A DNA stretch of 46,760 bases, taken from a virus. The notes below the pieces were generated by a model, which saw nothing but the letters and a program-made list of their open reading frames with translations, was not told where the DNA came from and made no database searches. A program made the position numbers and the translations under genes. Location: IMG/VR virus record IMGVR_UViG_3300025782_000022; one strand, given 5' to 3'. Below, one piece after another: positions 33,100 through 40,192 of the stretch; position 1 is the first letter of the stretch; each line of letters opens with the position of its first letter.

Positions 33100-33285
33100 A
33101 TGGAAACAATTTTTGAACACTTCCCAATAACAAACAGCCAAGTAATCGGTATCGCCCCTGACGGAACAACATTAAGAACCTGGAACGAAGGCGAAAGAAC
33201 TTTCATGGAGACTTACGGTTACACCCCTCCAATTGGCGAATTCGGTATCAGATATGGTTTAGTAATTGTGGTTGAAACAACTTAA
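33100..33285 (+). CDS. Small protein (61 aa)
   Basis: ATG after gaaaggaaatcaa; METIFEHFPITNSQ... Confidence 0.6.
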   Translation: METIFEHFPITNSQVIGIAPDGTTLRTWNEGERTFMETYGYTPPIGEFGIRYGLVIVVETT

Positions 33286-33297
33286 AAAGGAAATCAA

Positions 33298-33456
33298 ATG
33301 GAACTCCAACAAAATCAATTTTGGCAAACCAGAGCAAGGGGAACAAACGACCAGGAATATCAAATTTACCTGGCTTGTGCTGATGACGGTAACGGTGGTG
33401 ACATTGGCAGAAATGGTGAACCGCTTTTAACTTATGAGGAGTGGTTAGCAAACTAA
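33298..33456 (+). CDS. Small protein (52 aa) missed by the ORF track
   Basis: ATG after aaaaggaaatcaa; MELQQNQFWQTRARGTNDQEYQIYLACADDGNGGDIGRNGEPLLTYEEWLAN. Confidence 0.55.
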   Translation: MELQQNQFWQTRARGTNDQEYQIYLACADDGNGGDIGRNGEPLLTYEEWLAN

Positions 33457-33458
33457 AA

Positions 33459-33518
33459 ATAATTTGTTGTAAATATACCAAACTAGAATAAACAATGCTA
33501 ATTTGGTATAAAATAAAG
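33459..33518 (+). promoter_or_regulatory. Island element E3
   Basis: ataatttgttgtaaaTATACCAAActagaataaacaatgctaaTTTGGTATAaaataaagt. The box lies 52 nt before the next ATG and has an extended -10-like TGgTATAAA. Confidence 0.6.
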
Positions 33519-33558
33519 TCTGAGTTAGGAAATTAAACAAACAAACAAAGGAAATAAA

Positions 33559-34056
33559 ATGAAAAGAACACCAAGTATCCCCGCCCAAGCCGCTACGATG
33601 ATTAGAAATTATCTAAAAGCAAACAACATTGCAGGTAGCGTAAAAAGTGAAATTTATAGCATGGGCAGTAGCGTTAATGTTTACGTTACTGACATAGAGC
33701 CAGAAGTATTAGACAAATTAAGAACCTTTGCTAATCAATTCCAATACGGTCGTTTTGACGGTATGCAAGACCTTTACGAATACACAAATAGTAGAGATGA
33801 CCTGCCCCAAGTCAAATACGTTTTTGTTAACAACACACTTAGCCCTGAACTTAGTCAAGAGATTTGGAACTTTGCCAGAAACTATTACGCAGGAATGGAA
33901 GATGCGCCAGAAGATCAAGCCCTGGCAAGCAAGTTTTATAACCCACAAATGAATGAATACGGCAACACCATTATTTGGATGTTGTTCGATGGTAAATACA
34001 TGAGGGATGGTTACTGGAATTTTGCGAAAGGTATTGAGGAAGTTTTAGAGGCTTAA
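33559..34056 (+). CDS. Hypothetical protein (165 aa), possibly an LPD-type (polyvalent-protein-associated) domain
   Basis: ...IAGSVKSEIYSMGSSVNVYVTD...QYGRFDGMQDLYEYTN...PQVKYVFVN. From memory this resembles a domain seen in conjugative-element and phage polyvalent proteins. Unverified. Confidence 0.6.
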   Translation: MKRTPSIPAQAATMIRNYLKANNIAGSVKSEIYSMGSSVNVYVTDIEPEVLDKLRTFANQFQYGRFDGMQDLYEYTNSRDDLPQVKYVFVNNTLSPELSQEIWNFARNYYAGMEDAPEDQALASKFYNPQMNEYGNTIIWMLFDGKYMRDGYWNFAKGIEEVLEA

Positions 34057-34073
34057 TTTTTAACAATCAACCT

Positions 34074-34096
34074 GCCCCCCAAGTGGGGGCTTTTTA
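34074..34096 (+). terminator. Intrinsic terminator closing the island
   Basis: gccccc-caagt-gggggc followed by ttttt. Confidence 0.75.
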
Positions 34097-34098
34097 TT

Positions 34099-34320
34099 AT
34101 GGAAACAAAAACACGAAACAGGGGCGCATTTGGATACGTTCCAAATCCTAGCGAAATAATACTTGCCAGGGGTAATTTATCTCAAGCCAAATGCGCTTCT
34201 TTAATTTATACTACCCAAGTTCGTTGGAGCAATTACGAAAACGGCAAAAGTCGAATACATCCTGCGATGTGGGAATTATTTCTTGAAAAACGAAAAAGGC
34301 TAAGTAATGACGTTTTATGA
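34099..34320 (+). CDS. Small HTH (XRE-like) DNA-binding protein (73 aa)
   Basis: LSQAKCASLIYTTQVRWSNYENGKSRIHPAMWELF is a helix-turn-helix-like pattern. It overlaps the MuF-like gene start. Confidence 0.55.
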   Translation: METKTRNRGAFGYVPNPSEIILARGNLSQAKCASLIYTTQVRWSNYENGKSRIHPAMWELFLEKRKRLSNDVL

Positions 34321-35110
34321 AGTTTTGACCGAAGCAATTAACGACATAATGGAATATGGGTTCGATTCTGAAAAAAGACTTCAGGATTGGATGGAAACAA
34401 TTAAAATTGCCGCTTACAACAGTTTAATCCCTGAATCGCAGGTCGAGCAGGAAATGATTAAAGCAATGACCGCCGCATATACCAGATTGGTCGTAAAGGG
34501 CGGATTGGTCAGAAAAAACGTCACCAAATACGATGTTGAACGGCTTAAGCCAAAATTAAGAAACGAACTAGACCGCAGAATTTCAACTGCGGCTAACCTT
34601 ATTAAATTAAACCGCCAAGAAGCCATTAGCAACACCCTGCGAAGGTTTCAAGGATGGGCAACGTCCATACCCCCAGGCGGTAGCAAAGTAACGGACAGGA
34701 ACAAAACTAAGAAGGATATTAGAAAATCCTTGAGTGCTATTACTTTTGAACAACGCAGGGTTGTAATAGATCAAACCCATAAATTGGTTTCAAATATTAA
34801 TGATATTGTTGCGGTTGATAACGGCGCAATTGCGGCGAAGTGGCATAGTCATTGGCGGCAGGTAAACTATGATTACAGAAAAGATCATAAAGAACGTGAC
34901 GATAAGATATATATTATTCGCAACTCATGGGCGGACGAAAAGGGATATTTAAAGCATCCCAATGGTTATACCGATGAAATAACGCAACCAGGCGAAGAAG
35001 TATTTTGTAGGTGCAATTACCAATACATCTACAATTTAAGTTCGGTAAAAGAATTGTTGACAACAAAGGGCGAAAAAGCACTACAATCTGCCAAAATTAC
35101 TTTTAAATAA
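34307..35110 (+). CDS. Head morphogenesis protein, SPP1 gp7 / Mu F-like
   Basis: C-terminal ...WHSHWRQVNYDYRKDHKERDDKIYII...PGEEVFCRCNYQYIY (H...PG..CRC signature). Confidence 0.7.
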   Translation: MTFYEVLTEAINDIMEYGFDSEKRLQDWMETIKIAAYNSLIPESQVEQEMIKAMTAAYTRLVVKGGLVRKNVTKYDVERLKPKLRNELDRRISTAANLIKLNRQEAISNTLRRFQGWATSIPPGGSKVTDRNKTKKDIRKSLSAITFEQRRVVIDQTHKLVSNINDIVAVDNGAIAAKWHSHWRQVNYDYRKDHKERDDKIYIIRNSWADEKGYLKHPNGYTDEITQPGEEVFCRCNYQYIYNLSSVKELLTTKGEKALQSAKITFK

Positions 35111-35113
35111 TTT

Positions 35114-37561
35114 ATGCCATTTGAATCGGAAGCCCAAAGAAAAGCTATGTATGCCGCCGCAAGCGGTCATGGCAATATTGGCATCCCTAAAGAAGTGGCA
35201 AAGAAATTTATTAAACACTCAGAAGACGGCGATATTCCTGAAGAATCTACGCCCCTTGCAACTCCCGAATTTAAAGAAGATGATGCTGACCCTTGTTGGG
35301 AAGGTTACAAACAATTAGGAATGAAGCAAAAAGGCGGCAAAGAAGTGCCCAATTGCGTTCCAGAGGATGATTCTGAGGCTTGGGAGACCAAGGAAGGTAA
35401 GAATAAAAAAGGCGGTTTAAATGCCAAAGGCAGGGCTTCTTACAACAAAGAGCATGGCGCACATTTAAAAGCCCCTCAACCTGAAGGCGGGTCAAGGAAA
35501 GAATCATTTTGCGCCCGAATGTCAGGCATGAAAGAAAAGCTAACTTCTGACAAAACAAAACACGACCCAAATTCCAGGATTAATTTAGCATTAAAAAAAT
35601 GGAAGTGCGATGCTGATTGGGATAGTTCCAAAGTTCAATCAGAATTAAAAGGCTTGTCAGCCAAATTAGCAGAAATTACTAAAAGTATTACAACTTTAAA
35701 AGCTGATGATTTAGCCGTTGAAAGAATTGCAACTGGTTCAAAATCTGATGCTATGCCAATTGACAAAGATGCAGGGGCATTAGGTCGTGCCGCAGGAATA
35801 ATGTTTTTGACCAATGACGGCAAAGTATTATTGATTCGCAGGGGAGATGGTGGCGATTATCCTCAAACTTGGGCAGTACCAGGCGGTCATCAAAATAAAG
35901 AAGATGCAAACTTAGAAGAAGCGGCTAGGCGTGAATGTTTTGAAGAAACAGGTATCAAGTACGAAGGCAAGTTGGAAGTATTATTTGATGACGGTCAATT
36001 TTGTACTTATATTGCCAGAAATTTTGAGCAAGTTCCAGTAACTTTGAACCATGAATCAACTGGATTTGATTGGTGTCATGTTGATAATCCCCCAATGCCT
36101 TTGCACCCAGGACAAAATATTTGTTTCAAAATTGCAAGTGCAAAAACAGAATTCGATTATGCTGAATTAATTAGGCAAGATTTATTGCCAAGCCCTCAAA
36201 TGTATGCTAATGTTATGCTATTAGCTATTCGCATTACAGGAACAGGGTTAGCTTATCGTTCAAGTATTGGTGAGCACGTTTGGCGTGATTCCAGTTTATA
36301 TTTGAATGATGACTTTTTAAAGCGTTGTAATGGGTTGATTGTGATAATGGATCACCCTGAAACTGCGGTTTTGACTTCCAAGGAATTCAAGGACAGAGCA
36401 GTTGGAAGTATTATTCTGCCTTATATTAAGGGAGATGAAGTTTGGGGTATTGCGAAAATCTACGACCAAGATGCGGTAAACACCATTTTGACCGAAGAAG
36501 TTAGCACTAGCCCATCTGTTGTTTTTGACCAAACAGCAGGTAACACGACACTAACGACTGAGAATGGAGAGCCACTCTTGATCGAAGGTGTACCATTTCT
36601 TTTAGATCATATTGCTATCGTAACTGAAGCAAGGGGTTCTAAAGGAGTATGGGACAAGGGTGGCGAACCCGCAGGAGTATTATTAACTAACCAAGAGGTA
36701 TCTGAAATGACAGACAACAAAGTAGAGCCGAAAGCAGATGCTCAAGGCGATAAACTAGATGCCATTCTTTCGGCTCTCAGCTCCATGAGTGTGAGAATTG
36801 ATGAGATGGAAAAAAATCTTCCCGCCCCTCCACTCGTTACTGCCGCTGATAAAAAGCGCAAAGACGAAGATGCGAAAATGGACGATGATGATGAGGAATC
36901 AGAATCAGAAGCCAAACACTTCATGGAACGCAAAATGGATTCCAAAAAGCGTAAAGATGAAGATATGGAAGAAAAGCACATGGAATCAAGAAAAGCAGAT
37001 AAGCATCGTAAAGATGATGATGACGAAGATGACATGAAAAAAGCCAAGAAAGATGCCGAAGGCTCTGACATGGGCGAAGAAAAAATGCCCTCAGGTGAAA
37101 TGAAGCCTGATGACGATGATGCCAAGAAGGATGAAGAAGCTATGAAGATGGACGAAGCCGCCGCAGAATACGCAGATGCACAAGCAAAATGCGATTCAGT
37201 TTTAGCCGCTTTTGGTAAGTCAGCTTCCCGCCCACTACAAGGCGAATCATTGATGGCTTATAGGAAACGTCTTCTCAGAGGATTGCAAGCGTATTCTGAT
37301 AGCTACAAGGATATTAACCTTGCAACTATAAAAGATGCAAAATTACTCGAATTAGCTGAAAAGCAAATTATGAATGATGCAATGACTGCCGCAAGAACAT
37401 CTAGTCATGTTCCTGGAGATCAATTGATTGCTATTCAATCAAGAGATTCAAGCGGTCGTACAATCACTAAGTATCGTGGTTCAATGGAAGCATGGCTTGG
37501 CGATTTCAAAGTTCCTCCACAAAGAGCAACTACTTTCCATACACCTAACAACCAACGCTAA
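35114..37561 (+). CDS. Multidomain head protein (815 aa): N-terminal small motifs, Nudix hydrolase domain, prohead protease/scaffold-like (DUF2213-like) region, K/D/E-rich low-complexity segment, C-terminal scaffold-like tail
   Basis: Nudix box GGHQNKEDANLEEAARRECFEETGI (aa 257-281). ...LIVIMDHPE...VGSIILPYIKGDEVWGIAKIYD. Charged repeat region at aa 578-685. It lies between the MuF-like and capsid genes. Confidence 0.75.
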   Translation: MPFESEAQRKAMYAAASGHGNIGIPKEVAKKFIKHSEDGDIPEESTPLATPEFKEDDADPCWEGYKQLGMKQKGGKEVPNCVPEDDSEAWETKEGKNKKGGLNAKGRASYNKEHGAHLKAPQPEGGSRKESFCARMSGMKEKLTSDKTKHDPNSRINLALKKWKCDADWDSSKVQSELKGLSAKLAEITKSITTLKADDLAVERIATGSKSDAMPIDKDAGALGRAAGIMFLTNDGKVLLIRRGDGGDYPQTWAVPGGHQNKEDANLEEAARRECFEETGIKYEGKLEVLFDDGQFCTYIARNFEQVPVTLNHESTGFDWCHVDNPPMPLHPGQNICFKIASAKTEFDYAELIRQDLLPSPQMYANVMLLAIRITGTGLAYRSSIGEHVWRDSSLYLNDDFLKRCNGLIVIMDHPETAVLTSKEFKDRAVGSIILPYIKGDEVWGIAKIYDQDAVNTILTEEVSTSPSVVFDQTAGNTTLTTENGEPLLIEGVPFLLDHIAIVTEARGSKGVWDKGGEPAGVLLTNQEVSEMTDNKVEPKADAQGDKLDAILSALSSMSVRIDEMEKNLPAPPLVTAADKKRKDEDAKMDDDDEESESEAKHFMERKMDSKKRKDEDMEEKHMESRKADKHRKDDDDEDDMKKAKKDAEGSDMGEEKMPSGEMKPDDDDAKKDEEAMKMDEAAAEYADAQAKCDSVLAAFGKSASRPLQGESLMAYRKRLLRGLQAYSDSYKDINLATIKDAKLLELAEKQIMNDAMTAARTSSHVPGDQLIAIQSRDSSGRTITKYRGSMEAWLGDFKVPPQRATTFHTPNNQR

Positions 37562-37573
37562 GAGGACTAAATT

Positions 37574-38194
37574 ATGTCAAGTTCAATTGCTCTCAGCCCA
37601 ATGCTGACCACAAATGCGCAAGGTTTATTTAACGTAAATTCCCAGGGTTATACCCAGGGCGATGCGCTAGATGACCCCGCAGTCAAGTTTGCTTTAGCAG
37701 GTGGCGTTTATTCAGCCGCCGCAACTAGCCCAATTTGGGGTGGTATTCCAATTCAAGAATTTAGTCCTGGGGCTTCTGGTCAGCCAGGTACTAATACCCT
37801 TGGAAGCACAATTTCTGCCGCAACAGGAAGTGCCGCACCAACAGGTATCTTGGTTTACAACCAGGCTTACCAAGGAATTACAACTCCACAGTCAACTGCG
37901 CCGTTGTTTACTCCTGGTATGTCAGTTAACTACTACCGTTTTGGTTCTGGCGCAAGGATTCCTTTGGTTATTGAACCCGCTTCACTAACAATCGAAGGTC
38001 AATTGATTAGCACAACAGTTTATTATGATTACACTAATAACTGGGTTACTGTTACTCAGCCTGGCACTCAACCTGCACTTCCAGTAAAAGTTTTGAATGT
38101 AAGTACAACTGGTAATAAGACTGTTAGCTATTCAAGCGGAACAGGCTTTGCCAATTGGATTTATACCCAAAACGTGGCGTTGTGCCTAATCTAA
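37574..38194 (+). CDS. Hypothetical head structural protein (206 aa)
   Basis: Lies between the scaffold-like gene and the major capsid gene. SD aggact. Confidence 0.6.
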   Translation: MSSSIALSPMLTTNAQGLFNVNSQGYTQGDALDDPAVKFALAGGVYSAAATSPIWGGIPIQEFSPGASGQPGTNTLGSTISAATGSAAPTGILVYNQAYQGITTPQSTAPLFTPGMSVNYYRFGSGARIPLVIEPASLTIEGQLISTTVYYDYTNNWVTVTQPGTQPALPVKVLNVSTTGNKTVSYSSGTGFANWIYTQNVALCLI

Positions 38195-38209
38195 TCAAGG
38201 AGAATTAAT

Positions 38210-39235
38210 ATGTCAGGATTTGCACCGTCATTCGTCACAGTTAACCCCCACTTTATGTTGCCTGAGTTAATCATGCAATATAGCTTGGCTTCTGGCGCAT
38301 TTACAACACTAGCAACTGAAAACCCAATGCCCCGCCTTGGTGAAGCAGACTTGTACGTTTATGCTAAGAAAATCCAGTTAACTTCACAAGTTCAGTCTAA
38401 TCAATCACAGTTTAATCAATTGCCTAGCGCATCGGTTATCCCATCAATGATTAGCACCGCAACTTACCGTATGTCAACTCGTGCTCAGTACGATAACTTT
38501 GATGAAGCCGCAACTGGCGTTTGGGGCTATGCGCTTCCAGAAGCTATGCGTTTAGGCGCAAGACAAGGTATCGCACAACAAATGCGTAATGCGTTGTTAT
38601 ACGGTTTCAACCCTGCAAACGGCGAAGGCTTGATTAATACATCAGGCGCAACCGCAGTTAATTTGGGTTCTGATACAAACGGTAACACAGGTTATTCCAC
38701 TTGGGATAGTGGTCAACTTGCTCAGTATATGCTGAACATGATTGGCGCACTCAAGGTTCGTACCCTGCAAATCGGTCAACCTTTGCGTTTAGTATTCTTA
38801 GCACCACAAAGATTCATCAGCCAAATTTCATATTCTGGCGTTGTTTCTTTAACCCAGTTCCAACGAATTGGCGCAGGTGTAGAGACTGCCGCAGGTTTGA
38901 TTGAGACTGTTGCAAAGTGGGCAGGTGGTGATGATGTAGTTTTCGCCGCTGATGACACTTTAATTGGTCAAGGTTCTGGCGGTACAGATGCGATCATTTT
39001 GATTGCTCCTGAACTCAAGATTCCTAAAGCCAACAACAAGATCAACACCAACGTATTTGCTACATTGACACCTAATATCACCGCAACTTCTTTAATGTTG
39101 ACAGATGTTAGCGCACCAACAGAAATACCTACCCCCATCGCTGATGGCGGTATTACAACTCTGTACACAATGCGTTCAACTTCTGGTTGGGGTATTCGTC
39201 CTGAAGCATTGACAATCCTTTCTGCCGCATATTAA
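38210..39235 (+). CDS. Major capsid protein (putative)
   Basis: 341 aa with a strong SD (aaggaga) and a terminator hairpin downstream. Synteny fits. The family (DUF2184-like) is a guess. Confidence 0.7.
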   Translation: MSGFAPSFVTVNPHFMLPELIMQYSLASGAFTTLATENPMPRLGEADLYVYAKKIQLTSQVQSNQSQFNQLPSASVIPSMISTATYRMSTRAQYDNFDEAATGVWGYALPEAMRLGARQGIAQQMRNALLYGFNPANGEGLINTSGATAVNLGSDTNGNTGYSTWDSGQLAQYMLNMIGALKVRTLQIGQPLRLVFLAPQRFISQISYSGVVSLTQFQRIGAGVETAAGLIETVAKWAGGDDVVFAADDTLIGQGSGGTDAIILIAPELKIPKANNKINTNVFATLTPNITATSLMLTDVSAPTEIPTPIADGGITTLYTMRSTSGWGIRPEALTILSAAY

Positions 39236-39257
39236 GCGGTAAGGGATAATCAAGTGG

Positions 39258-39290
39258 AAACCCTGGCTCAAAAGGTCGGGGTTTTCTTAC
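39258..39290 (+). terminator. Hairpin terminator after the capsid gene
   Basis: aaaccctggc-7 nt-ggtcggggttt (includes two G-U pairs) followed by a T-rich tail. Confidence 0.5.
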
Positions 39291-39308
39291 TTTAACTTGG
39301 AGAAAATT

Positions 39309-39548
39309 ATGTCTTTATTTGGTTCACTCGAAGAAGAAATCGTTTCTTTCATGGGCGAAGTTCGTTCTTTTATGGCTTCTTTTAACAACACAACTACTGC
39401 GGTAACTGATTCTGCACCTGCGGCAAGTGCAAGTCAGGTTACAGTTACTGCTACTGATGCCGCAAGCGCACCAACAGTAGTTACAACAACTGACGTTGCA
39501 GTTCCTGACCAATCGGTTGCAACCGTAACAACGCCAGTTAGCCAGTAA
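39309..39548 (+). CDS. Small Ala/Thr/Val-rich protein (79 aa)
   Basis: ATG after SD ggagaaaatt. The ORF-track TTG start reads through the SD. Confidence 0.55.
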   Translation: MSLFGSLEEEIVSFMGEVRSFMASFNNTTTAVTDSAPAASASQVTVTATDAASAPTVVTTTDVAVPDQSVATVTTPVSQ

Positions 39549-39577
39549 AATCAGTTATCTTGTGTGATGCCAAGATT

Positions 39578-39606
39578 TTGACGTTTTGAGGGGGCAGGGT
39601 TATAAA
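39578..39606 (+). promoter_or_regulatory. Candidate internal sigma70-type promoter (TTGACG-17 nt-TATAAA)
   Basis: Exact 17-nt spacer, in a 119-bp intergenic gap upstream of 39668. Confidence 0.55.
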
Positions 39607-39667
39607 AGATTTCTTTGAGTTTTCTTTTGTAGCCGCATCATCTGCCTCCTCATCCCATCGGAGTTTA

Positions 39668-40180
39668 ATGATGAAACTTTATGTAGCTAACTGTTCTAAA
39701 CAAGAATTTCACTTCACCTATATGTTGCCCGAAAACCCAAGACCGTTTTCGCATCATATTCGTGCAGGTTCACAAATTGAAATCCCTGGTGCTAAAGAAG
39801 ATATTGACTTTATCATCAAGCAACATTCAATTTACGGCATGAGAAAAATTGAAGAAATTGGCAAAGGCTTTACCAATTTGGCGTATCGCATTGACAAACC
39901 TATTAGTATTAGCGCAATCGAGCAAGGATTAAGTCAATCCGAGCAAGAAATGATTGACAGGGCTTTAGAAGCGAGGAAAATAACTGCGGTAGCATCCGAT
40001 AAGATTATTGCCGATAAAGCCCAGGAGATGGGTTTAAAGATCAAATCGGGGCTAGAAGTAGAGATTACCGAAGAAAAGAAAAACTTGGCGGATACTGATG
40101 CCAAATTCGAGCAAACAATTGAGGTCGTCAAAGAGAATACTACGCCAATCAAGGGTAGAGGAAGACCCCGCAAATCTTGA
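39668..40180 (+). CDS. Hypothetical protein (170 aa) with C-terminal AT-hook-like GRGRPRK
   Basis: ORF with SD ggag. C-terminus ...PIKGRGRPRKS. Confidence 0.65.
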   Translation: MMKLYVANCSKQEFHFTYMLPENPRPFSHHIRAGSQIEIPGAKEDIDFIIKQHSIYGMRKIEEIGKGFTNLAYRIDKPISISAIEQGLSQSEQEMIDRALEARKITAVASDKIIADKAQEMGLKIKSGLEVEITEEKKNLADTDAKFEQTIEVVKENTTPIKGRGRPRKS

Positions 40181-40192
40181 TAAAATAAAATT

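Noticed and set aside
36742-37125. A 127-aa Ser-rich minus-strand ORF
   Set aside because: It is the antisense shadow of the GAA/GAT/AAG-rich charged repeat in the scaffold-like gene.
39588-39652. Long-range complementarity tgagggggcag / ctgcctcctca (11 bp with one G-T), which suggested a structured RNA upstream of 39668
   Set aside because: The left arm lies in the spacer of the TTGACG-17-TATAAA promoter, so it would not be transcribed from it. The loop is 43 nt, and there is a single occurrence with no covariation support.
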